The notes beneath the pieces were generated by a model. It searched no databases. It had not been told where the DNA came from and was given only the letters and a program-made list of their open reading frames with translations. A program made the position numbers and the translations under genes. 64,000 nt of DNA from a virus (taxonomy: Duplodnaviria; Caudoviricetes), in IMG/VR virus record IMGVR_UViG_3300029288_001872, positions 125,633-189,632 of that record; one strand, given 5' to 3'. The number at the start of each line of letters is the position of its first letter. Position 1 is the first letter of the stretch. Shown piece after piece: positions 10,212-20,547 of this stretch.

Positions 10212-11192
10212 ATGAATAAAGTTAATGTTATCAAGGTATTAGACAGTATTTCGCCTATTTTATCTGAGGATTATGACATTATCCACTTCAATCAAGATTC
10301 CATTTATGCCGAAAGCAACATGATAGGAATTTCTTGCAATTTGGATTTTGGCTTCAAGGCTTCAATTAGAGGTATTGAATTAATAAAATTACTTAAAAAG
10401 ATGTCTGGCGATGAAGTAGAGTTTAAACTCACAGACAAAACTTTGTCAGTCAAAGGTGGCGGTTTATCAGCCAAGTTTAAGAAATATGATAAAGAAAAAA
10501 CACCACCAGATTTCACTGAATTAGAATTTAAAGAAGTACCAGACAATTTTATTGAAGCAATAACTGCTTGTTTACCTTCTGTATCAGATAAAGATATTCA
10601 AGGAATTTTAACTGGTTTGCATATTGACAATGCTTTAATGTATGGATGCAATAATGTTTCTGTGACTGAATATGAAATACCAGATATGGATGTAACATTT
10701 ACACTTCCGAAACAAACTGCTTCTTTGCTGACTAAATTTAATCCAAAATACTATTATATTACTGATAACAAGGCCATATTTGCCAATGAAGATAAAACTT
10801 CATATTTGTGGTCTGTGCTTATGGCTGGTGCTTATCCAGTTGAGAATATGGTTAAATTGTTGTCTAAAGAAGGTGATATTTTCTCTTTACCAGAAGAAAT
10901 AGGTAAAAGAGCAGATATTGTAAGTCTGTTTGCCTATGATGCTCAAGACGGCAGTTCTTTTATTGAAGTAGATATACAACCAGATAAGATTGTATTAGGC
11001 GGTAACAAGTCTTTTGGGAATTTGGAAGATGTGATGGAATATAAGTCGGAAGGAAGTGTGAAGTTTCATGTGAATAGTTTGTCTTTGAATCGAGCTTTGT
11101 TGATAGATAACAAATTTACATATTGTGGAAATTTCATTGTTTTTGAAAACAGCCAAGTCCGGCATCTGGTTTGTCTAGTTGACCACGCTTGA
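10212..11192 (+). CDS. dnaN: DNA polymerase III beta-like sliding clamp
   Basis: 326 aa; 'VSDKDIQGILTGLHI', 'LMAGAYP' match beta-clamp signatures; DnaE and DnaX nearby. Confidence 0.7.
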   Translation: MNKVNVIKVLDSISPILSEDYDIIHFNQDSIYAESNMIGISCNLDFGFKASIRGIELIKLLKKMSGDEVEFKLTDKTLSVKGGGLSAKFKKYDKEKTPPDFTELEFKEVPDNFIEAITACLPSVSDKDIQGILTGLHIDNALMYGCNNVSVTEYEIPDMDVTFTLPKQTASLLTKFNPKYYYITDNKAIFANEDKTSYLWSVLMAGAYPVENMVKLLSKEGDIFSLPEEIGKRADIVSLFAYDAQDGSSFIEVDIQPDKIVLGGNKSFGNLEDVMEYKSEGSVKFHVNSLSLNRALLIDNKFTYCGNFIVFENSQVRHLVCLVDHA

Positions 11193-11212
11193 TAACAGAG
11201 TAAATTAGATAA

Positions 11213-11328
11213 GGTATGGTCGGGTCAGGTTTGGTATGGTTGGGTCTGGTGTGGTGAGGTCAGGTAGGGTTAGGTAAGGTGTGGTAAGGTGAGGGTGTAA
11301 GTCTAGAAAATTAGGCTTACACAGTTTT
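11213..11328 (+). ncRNA. guide array A: 16 x GGT-NN plus terminal hairpin
   Basis: Perfect 5-nt periodicity 11213-11292; stem 11295-11305/11312-11322 followed by AGTTTT. Confidence 0.8.
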
Positions 11329-11354
11329 AAAGAAATTAAAAAGGAGAATTCAAA

Positions 11355-11609
11355 ATGCTAATGACACCACAAAATAAAGATTGGGATGACTTTTGCGCCA
11401 TTCTGGAAGGTCCAGAGGGATGCGATTTTAAGAAAGACGAAAAAGGAAAAATCACCTGGAAATGCGACAGTAGTATGAATAGGCCGCTTGCCATTAAAAT
11501 TCTTGCAGAATATTTTCCAGAAATAGATATTGAAGGTTCGTTAGAATATTTCAATGAGCACGGTGGTCTTTGTGATTGTGAAATTCTATTTAATGTAGGT
11601 GAGGAATGA
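11355..11609 (+). CDS. DUF2695-like protein
   Basis: HGGLCDCEILFN motif. Confidence 0.65.
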   Translation: MLMTPQNKDWDDFCAILEGPEGCDFKKDEKGKITWKCDSSMNRPLAIKILAEYFPEIDIEGSLEYFNEHGGLCDCEILFNVGEE

Positions 11610-11992
11610 CAGAAAAGAATTTAGAAGGTTGGACTTGGATTATTGGTACTCCAAAATGGCATTATATGAGAAAAGGTTTTTCTCTATGTGGAAAATGGAT
11701 GTTACTTGGTAATCCAACTTTGGAACAAGGCAAACCTTTTTCTCTAGATAATTGTAAGGCGTGTAAAAAGAAATTGTTTAGTGAATATCCCAAAAAGGAG
11801 AAGAAAACCAATGGGTCCAAAAAGTTGTTATGAATGCAATAATAAAGATTTGTGTGCTATTCTTTTTTGTTTTCAGAAAGCAATGGAAGAGAGTCCTACG
11901 CTTCCCGTAGTGGACAGTGATGATTTTGAACACAGACTATACGAACTGCTTGGCCAAGATTGTTTGTATTATAATTAAAGGAGATAAATAAG

Positions 11993-12274
11993 ATGCCTAC
12001 AATTAAAATTCCAGCAGAATTGGCAAGAGCTATTGTTTATGATGATACAGATGAGGGTGAATTAATTGAAGAAGAGATTTTTGATAGTGGCAGATGGTCT
12101 ATCACCTATAAGGCTATAATTAAATATCAAGATAAATTTTACAAAACATTTTATAGAGTAGGTGCTACTGAAGCACAAGAAGAAAAGCCTTGGGAATATG
12201 ATGATGAAGCAGAATTAGTAGAAGTTAAGCAAGTAGAAAAAATGGTTAAAGTTTGGGAAAAAGTTGTTGATTAA
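11993..12274 (+). CDS. conserved hypothetical phage protein
   Basis: RBS; 'GRWS...GATEAQEEKPWEY'. Confidence 0.6.
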   Translation: MPTIKIPAELARAIVYDDTDEGELIEEEIFDSGRWSITYKAIIKYQDKFYKTFYRVGATEAQEEKPWEYDDEAELVEVKQVEKMVKVWEKVVD

Positions 12275-12400
12275 TGAAAACTAAGAATCAGGATTTAGAT
12301 ATCGGGGAAGATTTTGTTTCTGTTCCCAAAGAAGATTTAGATGTTTTCTTTCCACATATAGAAGGTCAATATCATGCTGTTTGTCTTAATAATGGAATAA

Positions 12401-13012
12401 TTGGGCCATTATGTAAAAATAATAAAGATTCTATTTGTATTATGGGTTCTTTTGAAAGACCAAGGAATTTTTATCATGCTTGGGACGGGAAAAATTGTTG
12501 GAAATGTCCTTGTGGATAACATACCAGAAATTATAAAACCATTCACAATTTTAGTGAAGAAGTTGATCGTTACCAATAAAACTTCTGAATGGTGTAAACT
12601 TCCTTATCCAAATCATCCAAAAGGTTGTCCTAATTATAACAAAAAGTTATTTTGTCCTCCCAATCATATTGACATTAATAAATATTTTGATTTATCAAAA
12701 CCATTATATTTCGTATTTGCAGAATTTGATTTAGAGAAACATTCAAAAAGAATGAAAGTTTTACATCCAAATTGGACAGAAAGACAATGTAAATGTTGTC
12801 TATATTGGCAATCAAAAGTTAGAAAACAATTAACTGAAAATATTAAGTTAGTATCAATGGTTTTAGGAACTGATAGAACAACCAGTTGTCCAGAAGCAAT
12901 GGGAGTAAATGTATTCGCTACTTGTGCTTTATCTGGTCTTAAATTGGAAAGAACAAGAGATTTGAAAATAGATAGACATATAGCTTTAATAGGATATAAA
13001 ATAGGAGAATAG
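12401..13012 (+). CDS. DUF2284-like metal-binding protein (start probably GTG 12512)
   Basis: 'CPNYNKKLFCPP', 'PEAMGVNV'. Confidence 0.55.
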   Translation: MGHYVKIIKILFVLWVLLKDQGIFIMLGTGKIVGNVLVDNIPEIIKPFTILVKKLIVTNKTSEWCKLPYPNHPKGCPNYNKKLFCPPNHIDINKYFDLSKPLYFVFAEFDLEKHSKRMKVLHPNWTERQCKCCLYWQSKVRKQLTENIKLVSMVLGTDRTTSCPEAMGVNVFATCALSGLKLERTRDLKIDRHIALIGYKIGE

Positions 13013-13471
13013 ATGGCAGATTTTGACAATAATAGATTTGCTTCAAAAAATCAAGAATGGGAAACACCAATAGAACTTTTCAACTTCTTGAATGAAGAAT
13101 TTAATTTCACTTTTGATGTATGCGCTGATGAAAATAATAAGAAAACAAATAATTATTTTTCAGAAGAAGATGACGCTTTAAGTAAAGAATGGAATGGCAT
13201 CTGTTGGATGAATCCTCCATACAAAGATTTGAAACTGTGGGTCAAGAAAGCCTATCTCGAAAGCAGACACAAAGATTGCACTGTTGTCTGTCTTGTTCCT
13301 GCTAGAACTAATACTAACTGGTTCCATGAATATTGTATGAAAGGTGAAATAAGATTTATTAAAGGCAGACCTAAATTCAAAGGATGCGAACATGGTCTGC
13401 CACAACCACTTGCAATAATTGTATTTGGATTAGATTATTCAAATAATTATAAATCTGTAAAGTTGAAATAG
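13013..13471 (+). CDS. phage DNA N6-adenine methyltransferase (Dam-like)
   Basis: WETP, DVCA, WMNPPY, LVPART. Confidence 0.9.
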   Translation: MADFDNNRFASKNQEWETPIELFNFLNEEFNFTFDVCADENNKKTNNYFSEEDDALSKEWNGICWMNPPYKDLKLWVKKAYLESRHKDCTVVCLVPARTNTNWFHEYCMKGEIRFIKGRPKFKGCEHGLPQPLAIIVFGLDYSNNYKSVKLK

Positions 13472-13513
13472 ATAATGACTCCACAAAAGGTGGTTATATT
13501 TTGAGAGAGATTA

Positions 13514-14383
13514 ATGAAAATATGTTGGGAGAATTTAGAGAAAGTAAGGCTAAGGGGTGGAAATTTTTATTCTGGGAATATTCCTTTATTTTATATTGAA
13601 GAATGTACAGTTTGTAAAGAGTCTTTTTTAACTAAAAAGTTTGGGTTGTTTTGTTCTAGAGAGTGTGAACATGAGAAAGAAAGACCGCTTTGTAAATGTG
13701 GATGTGGTAAATACACCACTTGGCATAAAATAAAATTAAAATGGAATGAATTTCTTCATGGGCATCAATTTAAAGGGAAGAAACATAAAGAGGAGAGTAT
13801 AAAAAAACAATCGGAATCTAAAAAAGGAAAGAAACATTCAGAAGAACACAATAAAAAGATAGGACTAAGTGGGATTGGGAGAGTACAATCAGAAGAAACT
13901 AGAAAAAAGAGAAGTGAATCATTAAAAAAACACAATTATGCTCCAGAGCGAATAGAAAAATTAAAATTAATAGGGCGTGAAACTTCATTAAAAAGAAGAG
14001 GATATCACCATACAGAAGAATCTAAAAAGAAGATGAGTGAATCACAGAAGGGAAAGATAGGGATGGCTGGAGAAGATAATCCGAATTGGAGAGGAGGAGT
14101 TTCTTTTTTACCATATCCAATTATTTGGGATAATAAACTCAGAAATGAAATAAAAACAAGGGATGATTTTAAGTGTCAAAATCCAGAATGTTATTGCAAT
14201 GCAAAAAGACTTAATGTTCATCATATTGATTATGATAAACAAAATTGTTCCGAATTTAATTTAATAACATTGTGTGTTGGATGTAACAGTAGAGCCAATT
14301 ATAATAGAGAATATTGGCAAGGACTTTACCAATGGATGATTTCGGAGAAATATTTTGAGTTTTTTTCATGCACATGTTCATGA
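13514..14383 (+). CDS. HNH homing endonuclease with NUMOD3 repeats
   Basis: HSEE/HTEE repeats; 'VHHIDYDKQNCSEFNLITLCVGCN'. Confidence 0.85.
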   Translation: MKICWENLEKVRLRGGNFYSGNIPLFYIEECTVCKESFLTKKFGLFCSRECEHEKERPLCKCGCGKYTTWHKIKLKWNEFLHGHQFKGKKHKEESIKKQSESKKGKKHSEEHNKKIGLSGIGRVQSEETRKKRSESLKKHNYAPERIEKLKLIGRETSLKRRGYHHTEESKKKMSESQKGKIGMAGEDNPNWRGGVSFLPYPIIWDNKLRNEIKTRDDFKCQNPECYCNAKRLNVHHIDYDKQNCSEFNLITLCVGCNSRANYNREYWQGLYQWMISEKYFEFFSCTCS

Positions 14384-15800
14384 TGAATTTAGTACTCTCG
14401 ATGGAGAAGGAAAACCGGAGACCTATGTTCAAGAAGCAAGTCGTCTTGGTTTTAAATATCTGGCAGAAACAAATCACGGAAATTGTGATGGCTTCTTAAA
14501 GTTTCAAGAAGCATGTCTCAAAAACAATATTACACCGATTTATGGCGTGGAACTCTACATAGTCCCAGACATTACCAAAAGAGATAAATATGAAAAGAAA
14601 TATCATATCACTGTTTTGATTCAAAACAAGATTGGGTTTACCAATGTCCTAAAAATGCTTACCATAGCTAACCTTGAAGGCCATTATTATAGACCACGAA
14701 TTGATCCATCGGTATTACTTAAACATTATGAAGGTCTGGTCTTTATGACTGCTTGTGTATCTTCTTTCATCAATATGGAAGGAGGAACAGAATTATTATT
14801 AGAATTACACAAGAAAGTTCCAACCTATCTTGAATTGATGCCACATAATTATCCTATCCAGAAAGAAATCAATTTAAAGAAATTAGAATTAGGAAAGAAA
14901 TATAACATTCCATTTAGTGCATCGAACGACTGCCACTACGCAAAACCAGAACACGCCAAGGCACAGGAAATGCTTCTTGCTATTCAGAAAAAAGCTAAAT
15001 GGGATGACCCAAAAAGATGGAAATTTGATTTTGGTGGTCTGTATTTAAAATCTGAACAAGAAATGGAACAAGCGTTCATAGAGCAGAATTGTGTTCCTAA
15101 AGAAATTTGGCGGCCAGCTATGGATAATACTATGGAAATAGCCAAACTTTGCGAAAATTTTAAAATCAGAAAAAGAAAAGTTTCTTTGCCAAAAGTCTAT
15201 GGCTATGAACATAGAGATGAAACCGAATTGATGAGGGAAATAATTGAAAATGGGATGAAAGAAAGAAAAATAGGCAATTATGAAACATATAGAAATAGAG
15301 TAGAAGAAGAATTTGAAATAATTTGTAAACTTAATTTCCAAAGATATTTCCTTATAGTGTGGGAATTGATAGAATATTGTAAGAGAAATAATATTGGTGT
15401 CGGCCCTTGTCGTGGGTCATCAGGTGGGAGTCTAATCTGTTATTTGATGCATATCACAGATATAGACCCAATAAAATATGGCCTTATTTTTGCAAGATTT
15501 ATTTCTATGGAGAGGTGTTTCGTAGAAAATACAAAAATGATAATAAATAATAAGATTGAAGAGATAAAAAATGCAAAAATTGGTGATTTTATTATAAACA
15601 AATATGGAGAATTAGATAAAATAAAAAAAATTCATAAATATCAAGTAAATAAAAAACTTTTAAAAATTTATTTTAATGGAGATTATGTAATTTGTACTAA
15701 AAATCATAAATGGATAGTAGTTGATAAAAATGGAAATACAGTTGAAAAAAAAGCAGATCAAATAATTATGAAGGAGGATAAATTAATAAGAATTAAATAA
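14355..15800 (+). CDS. dnaE: DNA polymerase III alpha, N-terminal half plus N-intein
   Basis: PHP motif HAHVHDEFSTLDG, GPCRGSSGGS; ends in intein N-part starting CFVENT at 15516. Confidence 0.9.
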   Translation: MSFFHAHVHDEFSTLDGEGKPETYVQEASRLGFKYLAETNHGNCDGFLKFQEACLKNNITPIYGVELYIVPDITKRDKYEKKYHITVLIQNKIGFTNVLKMLTIANLEGHYYRPRIDPSVLLKHYEGLVFMTACVSSFINMEGGTELLLELHKKVPTYLELMPHNYPIQKEINLKKLELGKKYNIPFSASNDCHYAKPEHAKAQEMLLAIQKKAKWDDPKRWKFDFGGLYLKSEQEMEQAFIEQNCVPKEIWRPAMDNTMEIAKLCENFKIRKRKVSLPKVYGYEHRDETELMREIIENGMKERKIGNYETYRNRVEEEFEIICKLNFQRYFLIVWELIEYCKRNNIGVGPCRGSSGGSLICYLMHITDIDPIKYGLIFARFISMERCFVENTKMIINNKIEEIKNAKIGDFIINKYGELDKIKKIHKYQVNKKLLKIYFNGDYVICTKNHKWIVVDKNGNTVEKKADQIIMKEDKLIRIK

Positions 15801-15823
15801 TATCAATTAGAGGTAATTAGAAA

Positions 15824-16654
15824 TTGGGAAAGAATAAGAGAAATCCTGGAATATATATTATTAGAAATATAAAAACAAATAAAGCCTATATTGGAAGTTC
15901 TGTCAATCCTACTAATAGATTAAAAGAACATTTTAGTTCTCTATTAAAAGGAAAACATCATAGCGTTTATTTACAACGTAGTTATAATAACCACAAAAAG
16001 GAGTGTTTTGAATTTGGAGTAATTGAAAATATAGATGATGAAAAAGATTTAATAAGTAGAGAGCAATATTGGATCGATTTCTTTGATAGTTATAATAATG
16101 GATATAATGTTTGCCCTAATGCTGGAAATTCTTTAGGAAGAAAGGCTACAGAAGAAGAAAAGAAAAAAGCAAAAGAACGTATGTCTGGTGAGAAAAATCC
16201 CATGTATGGAAAAACACATACAGATGAGGTGAAAAAGAGATTATCTGAAATTCATACAGGATTAGAAGTGACTCAAGAATTTAGAGAGAAAATGTCTGAA
16301 ATTACAAGTGGTGAAAACAATGGGATGTATGGTAAGAACCATACAGAAGAAACTAAAAAGAAACAAAGGGAAATTAAAATTGGTTTATATGAAGGGGAAA
16401 ATAATCCAAATTATGGGAATAAATGGAGTAAAGAAGCAAGAAAAAAGATGAGTGAAAATGTAATAGCTTCTGGGAGAGTAAGTGGTGAAAACAATGGGAT
16501 GTATGGTAATTTTAAAATAAAGAAAGAAGAATGGAATGAAATCATATATGATATTAAAGAAAAGAAAATAAAGGTTTCGATTATCGCTAATAAATATAAT
16601 GTACACGTACAAACAATTTATAGTATTTTAAAGGCAAAATTTGATAATGAATAA
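15824..16654 (+). CDS. GIY-YIG homing endonuclease with NUMOD3 repeats, between the dnaE halves
   Basis: PGIYIIRN..AYIGSS; GENNPMYGK repeats. Confidence 0.9.
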   Translation: MGKNKRNPGIYIIRNIKTNKAYIGSSVNPTNRLKEHFSSLLKGKHHSVYLQRSYNNHKKECFEFGVIENIDDEKDLISREQYWIDFFDSYNNGYNVCPNAGNSLGRKATEEEKKKAKERMSGEKNPMYGKTHTDEVKKRLSEIHTGLEVTQEFREKMSEITSGENNGMYGKNHTEETKKKQREIKIGLYEGENNPNYGNKWSKEARKKMSENVIASGRVSGENNGMYGNFKIKKEEWNEIIYDIKEKKIKVSIIANKYNVHVQTIYSILKAKFDNE

Positions 16655-19100
16655 AAACATAAACATTAAAGAATTAGTAACTATAGATAAAATAGAAGAG
16701 ATTGATTATAATGGTTATGTTTATGGATTGACAATTGAAAATGATCCATCTTATTGTTTAGAAAACAACATTATAACAAAAAATTCCGATCTACCAGATA
16801 TTGATGTTGACTATGAAGATATAAAAAGAGAAGATGTAAAAAAGCATTTAAGAGATTGTTATGGAGAATACAATGTGGCAGGAATATCAACATTTTTAAC
16901 ATTAAAAGGGAGAGGAGCATTACGAGATGTAGCAAGAGTTTTTGATTTACCATTAAGAGAAGTTGATTTAGTTTCAAAAGAAATAGAAACAAAATTAGAC
17001 GGAGACAAACTTTGCGGGCATACAATTGAAGAAGCATGTAAAAAATCTGAAATTGTTGCTTCATTTAAAAAGAAATATCCAGAAACAGTTCAACTTGCAA
17101 TAGATTTGGAAGGACAGACAAAAGCAGTTGGTCAACATGCGGCTGGTATAGTTATTTCTGCTGATGATTTGAGAAAAGGAGAAAGATGCAATCTCTGTGT
17201 TAGAAGCGGAGAAATTGTAGTTAATTGGGATAAAGAAGACGCAGAACAAATGGGTTTAATGAAACTTGATGTTCTTGGTTTAACTTCTTTGACTATTATT
17301 AATTCTACTAAGAAATTTATTAAAGAAAATTACGATGTTGATATAGAATTAGATAAACTTACATTAGATGACAAAGAAATATATGAAGAAATTTCTAAAG
17401 GGAATAATGTAGGTTTGTTTCAATTGAACTCACATGGTTTAACTGGGTTGTGCAAAGAAATGGGAGTAAAAGAATTTAATGACACAGTTCTTGCTACTGC
17501 CATCTTCCGACCAGGAGTATTGGGAAGTGGAATGGCAGATGAGTATATTAAAAGGAGGAAAAATAAAAAGGAAATAAAATATATTCATCCAAAATTAAAA
17601 AAATATACAAAAGACACACTTGGAATTGTTTTATATCAAGAACAAGTAATGTGGGTTATGTATGAACTTGCTGGCTTACCTTGGTCTGTTTGTGATAAAG
17701 TAAGAAAAGTAATGGGTAAATCTCAAGGGGATGCAAAGTTTCAAAAATTTAAACAACAATTCATTGATGGATGTAAAAAGAATAAAACATTATCAGAAAA
17801 AGAAGCAGATAAAGTTTGGGATACATTAGCTTCATTCTCAAAATATGGATTTAACTTAAGCCACGCTACTGCATATTCTATGATAACTTATTATTGTGCT
17901 TATCTAAAATATTACTATCCTAAAGAATTTCTATGTGCTTGTTTGACCTATGGTGGTGAAGATAAGAAAGCAGAATATGTCAATGAAGCAAGAAGATTAG
18001 GTTTAGAAGTAAGTTTACCAAAAATAAACAAATCGCTTGCTGATGTTTGGTATCCCAACAAAGATAGCAATATTATTTATGCGCCATTGACTGAAATAAA
18101 AGGTGTAGGTAAAACACAAGCAGAAAAAATAATTGAGCAGAATACTAACAAGAAAGTTGGTTTTTTCACTATCATGGACCAGTCTGTTGTGCCTGCAAAT
18201 TCTACTGATGAATTATTGAATAAAGTAGGATTTTACAAAAAAACTTCTTTGACGCAAAAAGAATTGATGAAAGCCAGACAATACCTAAATTTTAATCCAT
18301 TGACTGGTATGAACAGATTTAGTAGATTGCCAAAAGATTTGGATTATTCAGATGATGATATTATTAAATGTAATTTGGAAGGATTTAAAGGCAATCTAAT
18401 TGAAATAAAGAAATATGTAAAGAAGATAGAATGTGATAAATGTGAATTAAGAAAAGAAGCAAAGAAGCCTGTTTCATCATCATTTGGTAGATATAATATA
18501 ATGGTTTTGGGCGAAAGTCCATGGATTGATGAGGATCGAGAAGGACTTGGGTTTGTTGGTAAAACTGGCAAGGAAATATTATGGCCAGAGTTTAAAAAAC
18601 ATGGATTACATAGAGATATGTTTCACATCTCGAATGTGATTAAATGTAAAATTAAGAATCCTTCAAAAAAACAAATACCTCCTTGTTCACATCACATCAT
18701 AGAAGAAATAGAAAATTTAAAACCAATTTTAATCTTGGCTTTTGGAAATACCAATGTAAGATTTTTCAAAGAACAAGATGGTGGAATAATGAAATTGAAT
18801 GGTGAAACTGAATGGTCAGATAAATTTCAATGCTGGATTTGTTGGTCAATTCACCCTTCTGCTGTCATCTATCATGATGCTGAAAACAGACCACTATTTG
18901 AAAAAGGAATTAAGAATTTTGCAGATAAAATAAATATGATTGGTGGCAATTGGTTGAGAAAGAATAAAGAACAAATACTTATTAAAAAATGTTCTTATGG
19001 CGGTAAATTTGGAATAGATAATAATGAGTATGAGGAATGCTCCCAATGCAAAATCTGGTTTGATTGTACTAAAATTGCGATGAATGAGGATTTTAAATAA
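16647..19100 (+). CDS. dnaE: C-intein plus DNA polymerase III alpha C-terminal half, fused to family-4 uracil-DNA glycosylase-like domain
   Basis: 'VYGLTIEND..ITKN|SDLPDIDVD', GQHAAG, KLDVLGL, YGFNLSHA; C-terminal 'CDKCEL..LGESPWIDED..GFVGKTG..IHPS'. Confidence 0.9.
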   Translation: MNKNINIKELVTIDKIEEIDYNGYVYGLTIENDPSYCLENNIITKNSDLPDIDVDYEDIKREDVKKHLRDCYGEYNVAGISTFLTLKGRGALRDVARVFDLPLREVDLVSKEIETKLDGDKLCGHTIEEACKKSEIVASFKKKYPETVQLAIDLEGQTKAVGQHAAGIVISADDLRKGERCNLCVRSGEIVVNWDKEDAEQMGLMKLDVLGLTSLTIINSTKKFIKENYDVDIELDKLTLDDKEIYEEISKGNNVGLFQLNSHGLTGLCKEMGVKEFNDTVLATAIFRPGVLGSGMADEYIKRRKNKKEIKYIHPKLKKYTKDTLGIVLYQEQVMWVMYELAGLPWSVCDKVRKVMGKSQGDAKFQKFKQQFIDGCKKNKTLSEKEADKVWDTLASFSKYGFNLSHATAYSMITYYCAYLKYYYPKEFLCACLTYGGEDKKAEYVNEARRLGLEVSLPKINKSLADVWYPNKDSNIIYAPLTEIKGVGKTQAEKIIEQNTNKKVGFFTIMDQSVVPANSTDELLNKVGFYKKTSLTQKELMKARQYLNFNPLTGMNRFSRLPKDLDYSDDDIIKCNLEGFKGNLIEIKKYVKKIECDKCELRKEAKKPVSSSFGRYNIMVLGESPWIDEDREGLGFVGKTGKEILWPEFKKHGLHRDMFHISNVIKCKIKNPSKKQIPPCSHHIIEEIENLKPILILAFGNTNVRFFKEQDGGIMKLNGETEWSDKFQCWICWSIHPSAVIYHDAENRPLFEKGIKNFADKINMIGGNWLRKNKEQILIKKCSYGGKFGIDNNEYEECSQCKIWFDCTKIAMNEDFK

Positions 19101-19457
19101 ATGACTAAATTTATCCTTTCTTTAGAAACTACTGTTGATTATGATAAAGCTATTGAAGTTGGTGGAACAACTAATAAAGAAGAAGCGATTGAAGGTTTGA
19201 AAAAGGTGTTGGAAGAATTAAAAGAATTTATATTGGAAGGACAAGAATTAGAAGATTGGATTGAAGTAAAAACTTCATTTAGAGAGGAAGAATAAATAAT
19301 GGTTGACATATCAATTGAAATAAAATGTACTTGTGGAAATGTTTTGGAAGCAGAAGTTAAAAATGACAGGTTTGGCGTTCAATATGTTCTTATAGAGCCT
19401 TGCGAAAGATGCCTTGAAGAAGAATATTATAGAGGCAAGGATGAAGGAAGATAATTT

Positions 19458-20327
19458 ATGAAGTGTTTTTATCATTCTTCTGATCTTGACGGCTTTTGTT
19501 CGGCAGCCATTGTCAAATATAAATATCCAGATTGTGAATTGTTTCCAATTAATTATGGAGATGAATTTCCATGGGAGAAAATTGCAGATAAAAACGAAGT
19601 AGTTTTTATGGTTGATTTTGGATTACAACCATTCAGTGATATGGTTCTTTTAAACAAAAGATGTTGGTTGATTTGGATTGACCATCATGGAACTGCTATT
19701 CAATCTGCTATTGAAAGTAAAGAAGAAATTAATGGTTGTAGAATTGAAGGACAAGCAGGTTGTGAACTGACTTGGGATTGGATTTTTGGGACTAAAAGAC
19801 CAAAAGCGGTAAGTTTATTGGGGAGGTATGATATATGGCAATATAAAGATAATAATGAAGTTTTACCTTTTCAATATGGTATAAGAATAGAAGAAACAGA
19901 CCCAAGAAATCCAAAAGTAATGAAAAATCTTTGGATACCTTTGTTTAATGGCAATAACTGCAATTCAATAATTCAGGAAGGTCATACCATATTAAAATAT
20001 GAGAATCAAGTTAATGAAAAATTTTGTAAATCATACGCTTTTGAAACAGAATTAAGAATTCCAGAAGGTGTTCTTGGTAAAACATATAATCTAAAGGCAA
20101 TTTGTCTCAATAAAGGTTTCAATAGTTCAAAAGTATTTGAATCTGTTTGGGACAACAATAAATATGATATCATGGTAGGTTTCTGTAGAAGAAATAAAAA
20201 ATGGGATGTAAGTTTGTATTCTGACAAATTAGAAATACATTGTGGTGAAATTGCTAAGATTTTCAAGGGTGGTGGTCATGCAGGAGCGGCTGGATGTCAA
20301 GTTGATGAATTACCTTTTGATTATTAA
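19458..20327 (+). CDS. DHH family phosphoesterase
   Basis: DLDG, IDHH, GGGHAGAAG. Confidence 0.85.
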   Translation: MKCFYHSSDLDGFCSAAIVKYKYPDCELFPINYGDEFPWEKIADKNEVVFMVDFGLQPFSDMVLLNKRCWLIWIDHHGTAIQSAIESKEEINGCRIEGQAGCELTWDWIFGTKRPKAVSLLGRYDIWQYKDNNEVLPFQYGIRIEETDPRNPKVMKNLWIPLFNGNNCNSIIQEGHTILKYENQVNEKFCKSYAFETELRIPEGVLGKTYNLKAICLNKGFNSSKVFESVWDNNKYDIMVGFCRRNKKWDVSLYSDKLEIHCGEIAKIFKGGGHAGAAGCQVDELPFDY

Positions 20328-20547
20328 GGAGTAAAAACTTATGGCTTGTGTTTGTTGGAGTTGCCATGGCAAAGGAAAATTTATTTATCCTATATATGAA
20401 AGATGTTCTGAAAACAATGAAGGCGCAATAAATCTTATGGGAAAATTCATTCATATTGTAGGTGAAAAAGAAGTTGATTGTCCGAATTGTGATGGTACAG
20501 GAATTATTTCTCGCAAACAAATTCCAAATTACTTCTTTGGAGACTAA

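Noticed and set aside
11213-11292. Simple microsatellite, telomere-like or G-quadruplex-only explanation of the GGT-NN tracts
   Set aside because: The NN positions are non-repetitive and decode to adjacent genes. G4 formation is possible but does not explain that information.
15800-16647. Group I intron in dnaE
   Set aside because: Spacers around the endonuclease ORF are too short for a ribozyme core, and the intein halves explain the split.
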